The notes below the pieces were generated by a model, which was not told the DNA's origin, did not search any database, and saw only the letters and a list, made by a program, of their open reading frames with translations. This document shows, piece after piece, positions 9,410 through 19,034 of a DNA stretch of 64,000 nt (position 1 is the stretch's first letter; each line of letters begins with the position of its first letter). The position numbers and the translations under genes were made by a program. This DNA comes from a virus. Its lineage: Duplodnaviria > Caudoviricetes. Where the stretch lies: IMG/VR virus record IMGVR_UViG_3300002446_000068, positions 1 through 64,000 of that record. One strand, written 5' to 3'.

Positions 9410-9665
9410 TGTACTCATAGACAAAGACGGCGTTTTCATTTGCCACAGCTTCGTCTACGGCCTTTTGGCAATCGGGGTTATTGTGGTGGTAAATGGGACG
9501 AACGGAGAATCCGGTGGCCACCCGGTGCTTGCACATGGGGCATTCTGCCACATCTGCGTTCCAAACCTTGTACGGCTCCGGCGGGTCCAAGAACATCTCG
9601 ACCACCACAATTCCCACTCTGACAATCCGCATTTCCATCTGGCAGTCCAGGCAAATCGGTTTCAT
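9357..9665 (-). CDS. Zn-ribbon hypothetical protein
   Basis: CLDC and CPMC motifs; ATGA coupling to upstream gene. Confidence 0.65.
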   Translation of the reverse strand: MKPICLDCQMEMRIVRVGIVVVEMFLDPPEPYKVWNADVAECPMCKHRVATGFSVRPIYHHNNPDCQKAVDEAVANENAVFVYEYIKDSTGPAILSDLLPSP

Positions 9666-9961
9666 TGGGTTTCCTTTCTCATTGCTTTCTGTTTGTCGAA
9701 TCGGTTCATCATGTCCCAGGACATGACGCCTCTTTCAAGTTGCAATGACCGTAACGTGTCGTTTGAGATTTCCCCGCTATGCACCCGCATATGGCAAGTG
9801 TGGCACAGGGCCATGATAGCCTCTGGCACATCGTTCATGCGCCCGAATAGGTGATGCCCGTCAGAGGCCCGAATCGCAACCCCTAGGACGTGAAGGTGGT
9901 ATTGGCACATCCACTCGTCCCGTTTAAGGGCAACCCATGTGGCTCTTGTGCGCTGGACCAT
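9662..9961 (-). CDS. HNH-family endonuclease-like protein
   Basis: CQY...DGHHLFGR...IMALCHTCHMRVH. Confidence 0.7.
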   Translation of the reverse strand: MVQRTRATWVALKRDEWMCQYHLHVLGVAIRASDGHHLFGRMNDVPEAIMALCHTCHMRVHSGEISNDTLRSLQLERGVMSWDMMNRFDKQKAMRKETQ

Positions 9962-10614
9962 TAGTTGTCGAACCAGAAAACAATCCTCACATCGTCGGGG
10001 TGGCCGAGTTCTTTCAGGGCGGGAAGGGTGCGCTCAAGGAACGCGGGGCCGACAGACTGTGCGTAGGTTTCCTCCCAGGAGGCACGGGTGTGATAAGACT
10101 TGCCGTCATTAGGAACGTCAAAGATTTCGTCGCCATTCACAACAACTACGTTGCTCCCAAATACGTCACCCGCGTGGCTCCCAGGGACGCCAGTCTTTTT
10201 GAATTGTACGTACTCCTCCTCGGAAAAGACGCCGTAGTGAGTTGTTGCCTGTCCCTCCCAATCATAGCCCAAAAGCTCGGACAAGAGCAGATAGCTGTGG
10301 TTGTGTCCGTCTAGCCCCCACTCCCCTGAAAGCCCCTTAACTTCTTTGGAGACATCTTCTGGCAAGCCACGCGGCTTGTCGATGGGGTTGAAACCGGTTC
10401 CCGTAGGCACACCCGCAAACCCATAGCCGTTCCTGACATTTGCCAAGATAGCAAACAGGTCGTAGTTGCGTCCACAGTAGGGTTCGTCCGTCTTGGGGGT
10501 ATTCCACTCTATCTCGAGATCGGGCTTGTACCAGGGGTTGTCGAAAACTTCCCCGGCCTTCTCCCACTTGCCGTCTTTTCTCACTTCTGCATACATGTGA
10601 ATATCACAACCCAT
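9961..10614 (-). CDS. Conserved phage hypothetical protein
   Basis: MGCDIHMYAE...RNYDLFAILANVRN...PRGLPEDVS...VRIVFWFDN family signature; AAGGAGG RBS. Confidence 0.75.
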   Translation of the reverse strand: MGCDIHMYAEVRKDGKWEKAGEVFDNPWYKPDLEIEWNTPKTDEPYCGRNYDLFAILANVRNGYGFAGVPTGTGFNPIDKPRGLPEDVSKEVKGLSGEWGLDGHNHSYLLLSELLGYDWEGQATTHYGVFSEEEYVQFKKTGVPGSHAGDVFGSNVVVVNGDEIFDVPNDGKSYHTRASWEETYAQSVGPAFLERTLPALKELGHPDDVRIVFWFDN

Positions 10615-10643
10615 CTAGCGATCCTCCTTATCCTGATTACTTT

Positions 10644-10671
10644 ATTATAGGGATTCTACAATCTGTGTAAA
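10644..10671 (-). promoter_or_regulatory. Promoter for antisense cassette
   Basis: TTTACA-N16-TATAAT. Confidence 0.7.
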
Positions 10672-10675
10672 GAGC

Positions 10676-10704
10676 TTGACTTTGCGTTTGTTCTGCGCTA
10701 TACT
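10676..10704 (+). promoter_or_regulatory. Promoter for portal/late genes
   Basis: TTGACT-N17-TATACT. Confidence 0.7.
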
Positions 10705-10749
10705 GGGGTGTGTACATTGGGTTTACAGGTCAGTACAGTAGGAGTGTGT

Positions 10750-13029
10750 ATGGAGAAAACAGTTGTCTTGAATGGTGAGGAAGTCCCCCGTTTCATTTCA
10801 GGCCAACAGGCAGGCTACAACCCCGAGTCGCAAAAGTGGCATGATGTTCACGGCAGGTTTGCCAAGCGTGAGGAAGCGTTGCGCACCCCGAATGAGTGGG
10901 GACGGTATATCAAAACTCCGTCCATGTCGCCTGTTTCGGATATGGCTGAAAAGCTAGAGGCTATGATTGGCGGTATGGACGTAGCATCCCTGCGTGCCGC
11001 CGAGAACATGACAGACCCCATGCCTTCTGCCATGCTGTCGATGATGCGCTTGGCAGAGTTTTACTGTATGGAGGGAGACGTTTTTCAGACCATTGAAGTT
11101 CCCTTGGACATTGCCCTAAAGCCTTTGGAGTTCCAATCGTCGGACAGTGGGTATCAGCGTGAGTTGGAGGAACTGTACTCGGAAGAACATCTGGACATGT
11201 ACCAGAACATGTACTACATCTGGCTGTGCAGTGGGCAGTACGGCCAAGCGTTCCCCCTGACTGTCTTTGATGAGGACAACCCACAGGACAGCCGAATCGT
11301 TCTGATTCCTCCCAAGAATGTCCGAGTAGGACGGTCTTTTTCGATGGGCGGCAACATTGGGATTATGTCACCTAGCTCGGAGGGGTGGACCCAACAGCTT
11401 CTTGAGACGGCGTTCCCACCGATGGTCTACAACCGCTATGTAGCGGATTGGAACGAAGCCGTTGCCCAGGGAAACGACATCATCATTCCCCCCGCAGACT
11501 GTTTCCCTGTCCGAGAAAAGTCCCTGCCCTTCCAGCGGTATGCAATCCCACCCGTTTACCGTGCCTCTCGGGCACTGTCCACACGCCGCATCTTTGAGGA
11601 GATGAGACGGGCCACCGTTGAGGGGTTCAAGAATCAATTGTGGTTCTTCCGCTATGGCGACCCCAAGGGGGAGAACATGCCCCTCCCCGAAGAAATCCAG
11701 TTCCTTGCCGACCAGGTAGAGGGCATGTATGGCGAGCGCACGGGCGTGCTGGTGTGGGAAGGCAGGCTGTCCATTGAGGTTCTGGGGCCACAGGCTCCCG
11801 ACAGGCTCATGGCGAATGAAACCTACGTGGGCCTCACGATGGAGGTCTTTCGCAAGCTGGGGGTAAGCCTGAAGCTGGTATCTGGCGAGTCTGGCCCCAT
11901 CGGTGGGCAAGGCCGAGCCGGTGACCTGGACCTTGACATAAGTATCTTGTTAGAGCGGGTGAAGTTTAAGATCAACCAGCTTCTTAGGTGGGAGCGGATG
12001 ACCCGTTCTAGGCTGGCCACCATCCTTGGCCCGAAAGCGGTCAAGGCCAACAGGGAGACTTCTGTCCGAACAGGCCGAATCGACATGGAGGTCGAGCGGC
12101 AGATTAGGGAGCGGTTGCTACCCGCCTACCAAGCTGGCCCACTGTCCATCCAGACCTTCTTGCAGGAAGGTGGCTGGGACTGGGCGGTTGAGTTGCAGCG
12201 CAAGACAGAAGAAGATCGGTATCGGGACTTGTTCTCACCTCCTGCATCCTTCTCGCAGATGGTGGTGGATTCTGGCGGGGAAAAGGAAAAAGAGGTCGAG
12301 CAGACGCCCTCCCCAGGCAGGCCCCGCGACCAGCAAAACCCAGTCCCCAAATCCCCCGAAGTAGAGGGGGCTTATGTGCAGGGCGTTGCGAACTTTAGTG
12401 AGTACGTCAATGAGATCTATGACGAGTTCGACAAGGTGGTGGCGGGCGGTGATGTGGACCAGTTTGTCCGTTCCTTGAAGGACATCAACCAGCAGCGGAT
12501 GTATGAGTTTGCCCAAGATGGCTATCGGTCTGCGGGTGGCTCTTTCGAGTTGGACAAGGGCTGGGTGGACGGCGCTGTCCAGTTCGTCAATTCGTATGCT
12601 GATGCGTTTGGTCAAAGGCTGGAGCAAGCGGCCACCAAAGAAACCTTACGGTGGAACGTTTACCTGTACCCCCAAGAGGGCAGGCATCTAGCCTACATGT
12701 ACGGCGTTCAGCAGGCCATGAAGGAGCGTGGGGCCAAGGCGTGGCGTCGCATCCTGCACCCGGAGCTTTCCAAGACAGGGCCTTGCGCCCAGTGCATCGC
12801 GGATAGCACAGTGGTCCATCCTATCACGGAAGGGTTTTTTGAGTTTCATCCTGACGGCCAGTGTACGGCAATGTCAGTCGCTTACTACACATCTATGGAC
12901 GAAATTCCTATCGAAATTCCTGTGCCCTCCAAGGTTTTCGATTCATCGCACATTCTAAGCATCCTGAAGGAATTGGGGCGAACACTGGCTCGACCAGTGC
13001 AGCAGATTGTGAGGCGTATTCGTGAGTAA
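10750..13029 (+). CDS. Portal protein, probably with fused C-terminal MuF/gp7-like head morphogenesis domain
   Basis: First large gene after terL; C-terminal WRRILHPELSKTGPCAQC...FHPDGQC resembles MuF C-terminal Cys/His motif. Confidence 0.65.
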   Translation: MEKTVVLNGEEVPRFISGQQAGYNPESQKWHDVHGRFAKREEALRTPNEWGRYIKTPSMSPVSDMAEKLEAMIGGMDVASLRAAENMTDPMPSAMLSMMRLAEFYCMEGDVFQTIEVPLDIALKPLEFQSSDSGYQRELEELYSEEHLDMYQNMYYIWLCSGQYGQAFPLTVFDEDNPQDSRIVLIPPKNVRVGRSFSMGGNIGIMSPSSEGWTQQLLETAFPPMVYNRYVADWNEAVAQGNDIIIPPADCFPVREKSLPFQRYAIPPVYRASRALSTRRIFEEMRRATVEGFKNQLWFFRYGDPKGENMPLPEEIQFLADQVEGMYGERTGVLVWEGRLSIEVLGPQAPDRLMANETYVGLTMEVFRKLGVSLKLVSGESGPIGGQGRAGDLDLDISILLERVKFKINQLLRWERMTRSRLATILGPKAVKANRETSVRTGRIDMEVERQIRERLLPAYQAGPLSIQTFLQEGGWDWAVELQRKTEEDRYRDLFSPPASFSQMVVDSGGEKEKEVEQTPSPGRPRDQQNPVPKSPEVEGAYVQGVANFSEYVNEIYDEFDKVVAGGDVDQFVRSLKDINQQRMYEFAQDGYRSAGGSFELDKGWVDGAVQFVNSYADAFGQRLEQAATKETLRWNVYLYPQEGRHLAYMYGVQQAMKERGAKAWRRILHPELSKTGPCAQCIADSTVVHPITEGFFEFHPDGQCTAMSVAYYTSMDEIPIEIPVPSKVFDSSHILSILKELGRTLARPVQQIVRRIRE

Positions 13030-14149
13030 GGTTGACAATGCGAGAATTCTGTATGTGTATGCCGACAATGCTCTTGAGAAATTCTACTGCTCCAATTGGC
13101 TGTGCTCTTTCCCAGCCTATGCGCTAGACCGTGCGGGGTATGCGGTGGGCATGGCACCCATTGATGAGTTTGTAAAGAAACCGCGCCCCGCAGACCTATA
13201 CATCGTAGAGCGACTGTTGTGGAACGGCAGCGACTCGGTCATATATGACAAAATGCCCAAAGGGCCGACCAGGGGGAGGGTGGAACGGCTCGCCAATCTG
13301 AAGGTATTGGACCGGATTGTCGAGTTGCAGGCCAAAGGAAGCAAGGTCGCCGCTGTGTTTGACGACCACTACGCCGCATACCCAAGGGATACCGACATAG
13401 CAGAACCAGCGGCGTTATGGTTGGATGGGAGACTGGATGATACCTACATAGGTTACAATCCCTTGGAACATTTCAAGAACGGTCTAGGGATTGTAAACGC
13501 AGTCTTTTCCCCATCAAAGTATCTCCTGGACTTTTATGTCGAGGACAAGAGTAAGGCATACCACGTCCACAACCGGCCTAATCTGGACATCTGGCAGCGG
13601 TTCGCGGGTGCGTGGGTGTCGGAGGATGATAAGGTACGGGTGGGCTGGTCGGGCACAGCGCAGCACGTTACTGGGTGGCAGGAAAGCGGGATTGTAGACG
13701 TGTTACGGGCGCTAAAGGATAAGATTGTGCTGGTCGGGGTGATGTCGGGCGACAAGATGTTGGACATGGTTGAGAAGTCTGGCGTAGAGCACCGCATACA
13801 GCGCCCAGTGCCGTTCGAGCAATTCCCCGACGTTGTGCGTTCTTACGACATTGGTATCTGTCCTCTTGGTGGTGAGTACGACAAGGGACGGTCGTGGATC
13901 AAGTGGTTGGAGTGCTCGCTTGCCGGGAAGCCTGTGGTGGCACAGGACCATGCGGGAGTGTACGACGAATGTCATGGCGGCTACCTGGTAAAGACCAAAG
14001 AGGATTGGATAGACGCGCTTTCCTACCTTATCGAGTGTGAGGAGGAGTACCGGCTCATGTCGGAAGCAGGGAGAGCGTGGGCATGGGCGCAGGGTTGGGA
14101 TGAGAACCTGTCGGAACTCACGTCCATCTTTGAGGAAATCCTAGAATGA
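13022..14149 (+). CDS. Glycosyltransferase, GT-B fold (GT4-like)
   Basis: RVGWSGTAQH, YDIGICPL...RSWIKWLECSLAGKPVVA. Confidence 0.85.
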   Translation: MSKVDNARILYVYADNALEKFYCSNWLCSFPAYALDRAGYAVGMAPIDEFVKKPRPADLYIVERLLWNGSDSVIYDKMPKGPTRGRVERLANLKVLDRIVELQAKGSKVAAVFDDHYAAYPRDTDIAEPAALWLDGRLDDTYIGYNPLEHFKNGLGIVNAVFSPSKYLLDFYVEDKSKAYHVHNRPNLDIWQRFAGAWVSEDDKVRVGWSGTAQHVTGWQESGIVDVLRALKDKIVLVGVMSGDKMLDMVEKSGVEHRIQRPVPFEQFPDVVRSYDIGICPLGGEYDKGRSWIKWLECSLAGKPVVAQDHAGVYDECHGGYLVKTKEDWIDALSYLIECEEEYRLMSEAGRAWAWAQGWDENLSELTSIFEEILE

Positions 14150-14904
14150 TTGATGTCGTGATACCGGTTTACAATAGCACAAAGCTGGTGCAGCAGTGCG
14201 TGGACGCAATCTGTGCCCAAAAGAGGGTCAACAGCATCATTATCGTCAATGACGCATCAACGGACACGGACCTACTGGACTATCTAAGCGGTGTGAAGGC
14301 CACCGTACTGCACAACAACCGCAACCTTGGGTTTGTCCATTCCGTCAACAGGGGGATGGAGATGGCCCAGACGGAATATGCCGTGATTGTCAACAGCGAC
14401 GTTGTACCGCTAACAAATGATGCTTTGTTCAAGCTGGTGACGACGATGGATTCCGTTAAGGCCCATGTCGGTGGCGCGAAGCTGCTATTCATGTCGGGGT
14501 CCAAGTTCGGCAAGCCCTGGACCATCCAGCACGCGGGGGTAGGATTTGACCCAGACGGCAAGCCATACCATCCGTTCATGCACCTGCACCGTGATACCAA
14601 GGCAGCGAACGTGCCGAAACTTGTTCATGCCGTAACGGGGGCCGTTATGGGCATAAGGATGTCCAAGTGGCGCGAGCTTGGGGGATTCGACAGGCGGTAT
14701 GCCCCTGGCGTGTTTGAGGATGTGGACTATTGTTTGCGAGCCAAGAGGGTAGTGTACGAACCGCTTTCAGAGTGGCTGCACCTGATGCACGGCTCGCAGA
14801 CGGAAGGAGTGAATCTATTCGACTACCACGATGAAAACTTAAAGTTGTTGCTTAGCCGTTGGCGAATGGAATCCGATGAATCATTGTACTATGGAGTGGC
14901 ATAA
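14146..14904 (+). CDS. GT2-family glycosyltransferase
   Basis: VVIPVYN, IVNDASTD, NLGFVHSVNRG, VNSD (DxD), TGAVM, FEDVDYC. Confidence 0.92.
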   Translation: MIDVVIPVYNSTKLVQQCVDAICAQKRVNSIIIVNDASTDTDLLDYLSGVKATVLHNNRNLGFVHSVNRGMEMAQTEYAVIVNSDVVPLTNDALFKLVTTMDSVKAHVGGAKLLFMSGSKFGKPWTIQHAGVGFDPDGKPYHPFMHLHRDTKAANVPKLVHAVTGAVMGIRMSKWRELGGFDRRYAPGVFEDVDYCLRAKRVVYEPLSEWLHLMHGSQTEGVNLFDYHDENLKLLLSRWRMESDESLYYGVA

Positions 14905-15741
14905 GTGGCGGTATTGCTAGTGTGCGCGGTTGTAGCCGTCGCAGTGATTGCGATGGACCACAAGCTAACGGCGTGGAATGAATTGCCGTTCAATGGATTC
15001 GGCAGTATCGAGCCGGTTGTCAAGAAAACGGCGACGCTACCCGTACGGTACAGGGTGCTGCTGCCTTGGGTTTACTGGCTGATATTCTGGATGCTGGGTG
15101 GGGAAGATGACCCACCAGAGCGCAGGCCCATCTACCTGTTCCTGAAGTGGGGACTGGCCTTTCTCTCTTTATCGGTGGCCACTTACTTTTTCTCGCCGGT
15201 GGTGGCCCTGGCTTTGGTAATTGGGTGGCTCTTGACGCTCCAGTACGACTATTGGAGTTGCTACGCCGAGCCGCTGGCCTTCCTGCTGGTACTAACGGGG
15301 AACGTGCCACTTGCGGTTATAGGAGTTATCATCGGCACATTGACCAAGCAAACTGCTATCTTTTTGCCCTTTGTGTTTCTGTCGGTGGGAGGGGGCTGGT
15401 GGTCGGTGCTCTTAGCGGGTGTGTACTCTGTGACCGATTTTATCACAAAGCGTTATCAGGGCAAGGGGGAGCGGAGTAACACGGTGCGTAAGCCGATGAA
15501 CGTAGCCTTCCACTATATCTGGGACAAAGAGCCGGAGTGGAGGTACTGGTTGCTGTTTGGGTGGGGGCTTGTCGCCATGACGTTTGTGTCCGTAGCGCAC
15601 TTTCAGTACATGCCCTCCCCCTTTATGGAGACGGCGTGGGTTCCGATGGCTGTATGCTGCGCGGCGTTCTTTAGGGCTTTGATACATGAACCGAGGGTGA
15701 TGGTCCTGAACGTGCTGTGGATTGGGAGCCTGATGGCATGA
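14905..15741 (+). CDS. Polytopic membrane protein (possible GT-C-like)
   Basis: Several hydrophobic segments; PVRYRVLLPW loop motif; embedded in glycosyltransferase cluster. Confidence 0.6.
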   Translation: MAVLLVCAVVAVAVIAMDHKLTAWNELPFNGFGSIEPVVKKTATLPVRYRVLLPWVYWLIFWMLGGEDDPPERRPIYLFLKWGLAFLSLSVATYFFSPVVALALVIGWLLTLQYDYWSCYAEPLAFLLVLTGNVPLAVIGVIIGTLTKQTAIFLPFVFLSVGGGWWSVLLAGVYSVTDFITKRYQGKGERSNTVRKPMNVAFHYIWDKEPEWRYWLLFGWGLVAMTFVSVAHFQYMPSPFMETAWVPMAVCCAAFFRALIHEPRVMVLNVLWIGSLMA

Positions 15742-16760
15742 CCCGCATTGGCCTTATCAGTGAGATGTATGGGGGGACTACTCCACCTACAGGGTATGGG
15801 GGAATCTCCGCTACCATCTACGACCTGGTATGCGAGTTCGTGCGGCGCGGGCATGACGTGACATTGTTTGCCACACCTGGTTCCTGGGCCAATGGGGCGC
15901 GGGTCATCATCTGCAAACCAGAGGACCACCCGCTATCTGTCAACGCCCCACTGCCTGCATATGCCGTAGAGGCCCTGAAACATCTGGACGAGATAGATGT
16001 CTGGGTAGATGGCTCTCACCACAAGTGGTTTGCAAGAGAGTGCAAGCAGCGGTACAAGGATGTCAACGTGCTATGCCCATCGTGGAATCCCAATAAGGAC
16101 GACCTACCGCAAAACAGCGTCTTGCAATCCCCAGCCCTAATAGACGCGATAGGGAACATGCCAAAGAATACACCGTGGTTCTACGCGGGGATTCCGTTGG
16201 ATGAGTACGAACCCTGTTATGAGGTGGGGGAACGCGGGGTGTCGATTAACGTTATGGCAGTGTACAAGGGTGTGGACATTCTGGTCCGGTCAGCAGCCAA
16301 GCACAAGTTCCCGCTAGACCTGTACGGCCATGCCCCCAATGAGAAGTGGCTTCAACAAGCCATTTTGCCTTATGTTGACAAGTGCGACAACATCGTGTAT
16401 CATGGGCCATGTGGGCCAGAACGGAAGCAGCATCTTGCCAAAGCGTCTGCCTTTTTCCTGATTGCCACCTGGTGGGAGCCTGGGTCGAGGGCAACACTGG
16501 AAGCATTTGCTTGTGGATGCCCCCCGGTGATGACCAGGGCCGGTTCGCTCAAGCACTACATCGAGGACACGGACAGCGGAGCTTATGTAAAGGCCAATGA
16601 GGATTCTGTGTACGAGGGGTATCTGCACGTCCTTGAGGGTGGCCCCGATATGAGGCATAGGGCGCGTCAGGTAGCGGAGGACAAGTTCAGCCTGGTCAAG
16701 TACGCCGACAATTGGGAAAGAATGTTTGCAAGGGTGATGAAGGGAGAGCGGTGGGAATGA
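15738..16760 (+). CDS. GT4-family glycosyltransferase
   Basis: TPPTGYGGI, GHDVTLFA, WWEPGSRATLEAFACGCPPV. Confidence 0.9.
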   Translation: MTRIGLISEMYGGTTPPTGYGGISATIYDLVCEFVRRGHDVTLFATPGSWANGARVIICKPEDHPLSVNAPLPAYAVEALKHLDEIDVWVDGSHHKWFARECKQRYKDVNVLCPSWNPNKDDLPQNSVLQSPALIDAIGNMPKNTPWFYAGIPLDEYEPCYEVGERGVSINVMAVYKGVDILVRSAAKHKFPLDLYGHAPNEKWLQQAILPYVDKCDNIVYHGPCGPERKQHLAKASAFFLIATWWEPGSRATLEAFACGCPPVMTRAGSLKHYIEDTDSGAYVKANEDSVYEGYLHVLEGGPDMRHRARQVAEDKFSLVKYADNWERMFARVMKGERWE

Positions 16761-17779
16761 TGATACCAGTCAGCAAACCAGGGACATTTACACCATCACA
16801 GATGCAGAGTGCCTTTCGCCCAATCATGGACAGGGCGTGGTTCACCAATGATGGCCCATGCGTCCGTGAGTTTGAGGAGAAGGTTGAGGACTTTTTAGGC
16901 CTGCCGCATTTCGTTGCGGTAGCGAACGGGACACTGGCGCTAGAAGCCGCTATCAGTGCTATGTTCCCAATGGGTTCAAGGGTCGCCATACCATCTTTCA
17001 CATTCGTTGCGGTGGCATCGGCCTTGGTGCGGTGCGGGTGCAGGCCTGTGTTTGTGGACATAGACCCCGAAACGTGGACGATGGACTACGATGAGTTTGC
17101 GAGCAAGACCAATCTTGGTGGGTTTGTAGTGCCTACGGTGTTTGGGGTGTTGCCCGACTACCGATTCGGTGAGACGCAAATTCCCGGCATCCTGGACAAC
17201 GCCGAAGGGTTTGGTAAAGTGACCCACCTGTTCTGCACGGCGGACGTGTATTCGTTCCATGCCACAAAAGTTGTATCGTCTGGGGAAGGTGGTGGGGTGG
17301 CGTGTGAGGAACCACTTGCCGGGCATATTAGACGGTGGCGAAACTTTGGGTTTGACGGTAGCGACCCTGCACCAGATATGGTTGGGACAAACGCCAAGAT
17401 GAGTGAGTTCCACGCGGCATTGGGCTTGCTGTCTCTAGGCCGGTACAAGTACCAAGTCCGGGAGCGAGCATTTCTTATGGACGTGTACCGCGACGAACTG
17501 GGGGAACGAGTCCAGTTTCAGAGAGGGTGGGACCCATACAACTGCACAATTCTGGTTGACAATAAGGAGAAGGTAGCGTCGTGGCTCAGGCAGTTTGGGG
17601 TGGACACAAGACCCTACTTCTACCCAATTCACAAAATGCCAGCATACCAGGAGTTTGTGGATGGGCCGTTGCCCGTTACGGAATCGGTGGCCTCTCGGTC
17701 GTTGACGTTGCCCTTGTGGGCAGGGTTGCCAGCGGAAACCGTGAGGAAGATTTGCAGACAGGTTAGGATGGTAGTGTAA
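16757..17779 (+). CDS. DegT/DnrJ/EryC1/StrS family PLP-dependent nucleotide-sugar aminotransferase
   Basis: ANGTLAL, PSFTFVA, VFVDID, SFHATKVVSSGEGG (PLP Lys), NAKMSEFHAALG. Confidence 0.93.
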   Translation: MMIPVSKPGTFTPSQMQSAFRPIMDRAWFTNDGPCVREFEEKVEDFLGLPHFVAVANGTLALEAAISAMFPMGSRVAIPSFTFVAVASALVRCGCRPVFVDIDPETWTMDYDEFASKTNLGGFVVPTVFGVLPDYRFGETQIPGILDNAEGFGKVTHLFCTADVYSFHATKVVSSGEGGGVACEEPLAGHIRRWRNFGFDGSDPAPDMVGTNAKMSEFHAALGLLSLGRYKYQVRERAFLMDVYRDELGERVQFQRGWDPYNCTILVDNKEKVASWLRQFGVDTRPYFYPIHKMPAYQEFVDGPLPVTESVASRSLTLPLWAGLPAETVRKICRQVRMVV

Positions 17780-18477
17780 TGGATGATATGGTGATTGCGG
17801 GGTGTGTCGGAGCGATAGGAAGTCACTTGATGCGAGCGTTTGCGTCCGAGTACAGGTTGCTGGGAATATTCCACAACCTTACGCCCAAGCCGCTATTGGG
17901 TGACCCGCACCGCTACATGATTGCTGATGTGGCCCACTTTGAGGATGTAGAACCGTTGGTTGACATCGTGGAATTGGGTCCGAGAATCGTGCTGGTAAAT
18001 GCTGTGGGCAAGACCATCAACGGGACGGGCCACAAGCAGAACCCGCGTGATGTCCAGGACGTGCTGAACACGAACCTTCTGGGCGCGTTCAATCTTTGCC
18101 GTGCGTTCTTGCCTCTCATGCGGGACAGGGCATGGGGCAGAATCATCAACCTGTCATCTGTGGTGGGGTTGCGGGGTGTGCCTGGAGCATCGGCGTATGC
18201 GGCTTCCAAGGCAGGGCTTGTGGCCATGACCAGAACCTTAGCAGTGGAGAACGCACGGAAGGGAATCACGGTCAATGCCCTGAACCTGGGCTACATGGAG
18301 GATGGGTTAATCAATGCTGTTCCGGAAGACGCCAGGGGCAGGATTATAGAGGATAGAATCCCAATGAGACGTTTGGGGAATCTGGACAACATCACAGCAG
18401 CAGTGAGGTTTCTCATCGATGCAGATTATGTAACGGGGACGGCGATTGACATCGACGGGGGGTTTCTGTGCTCATAG
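17779..18477 (+). CDS. Short-chain dehydrogenase/reductase (FabG-like)
   Basis: GCVGAIG Rossmann, NLLG, NLSS, YAASK catalytic motif, ITVNAL. Confidence 0.9.
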   Translation: MDDMVIAGCVGAIGSHLMRAFASEYRLLGIFHNLTPKPLLGDPHRYMIADVAHFEDVEPLVDIVELGPRIVLVNAVGKTINGTGHKQNPRDVQDVLNTNLLGAFNLCRAFLPLMRDRAWGRIINLSSVVGLRGVPGASAYAASKAGLVAMTRTLAVENARKGITVNALNLGYMEDGLINAVPEDARGRIIEDRIPMRRLGNLDNITAAVRFLIDADYVTGTAIDIDGGFLCS

Positions 18478-19034
18478 GGAAAGACGTAACCATTTACCCT
18501 TGGACCAGGATTGTCCGACCGGAGGCTATCACGATTGGCGATAGCGTCATCATCGACGACTTTGTTTTCCTTGACGGTGGACAGGAGATGAGGATTGGTA
18601 GCTTTGTCCACATCGCCGCCCATGCTGCTGTTATGGGTGGAGGCACGTTCATCATGGAGAACTTTGCTGGCCTTTCCGGTGGGGTGAAGGTGTACACCGG
18701 GTCAGAGGATTATGGAGGGGCCTATCTTACCAACCCAAGCGTTCCCGAACCGTGGCGGCACCCGGTGCGGTCACACGTTATCATGCGCAAGCACTCACTG
18801 ATAGGGAGCGGGTCTGTGGTACTGGCGGGTGTGGAAATTGGGGAAGGGGCATCGGTGGGTGCTCTATCGTTGGTTAACAGGGACTTGGAGCCGTGGACGG
18901 TGTACGGGGGAGTGCCTGTCCGACCGCTGAAAAAGAGGAACCGAGACAGAATGCTGGCATTGGAAGCAGAGTTACGTCTTGCATTGTACAAAGACGGACG
19001 ATACATACCGAAAGAGGAAAGGGAGACACTGTGA
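18468..19034 (+). CDS. Hexapeptide-repeat (LbH) O/N-acyltransferase
   Basis: IGDSVIID, IGSFVHIA, LAGVEIGEGASVGALSLV, VYGGVP. Confidence 0.9.
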   Translation: MLIGKDVTIYPWTRIVRPEAITIGDSVIIDDFVFLDGGQEMRIGSFVHIAAHAAVMGGGTFIMENFAGLSGGVKVYTGSEDYGGAYLTNPSVPEPWRHPVRSHVIMRKHSLIGSGSVVLAGVEIGEGASVGALSLVNRDLEPWTVYGGVPVRPLKKRNRDRMLALEAELRLALYKDGRYIPKEERETL

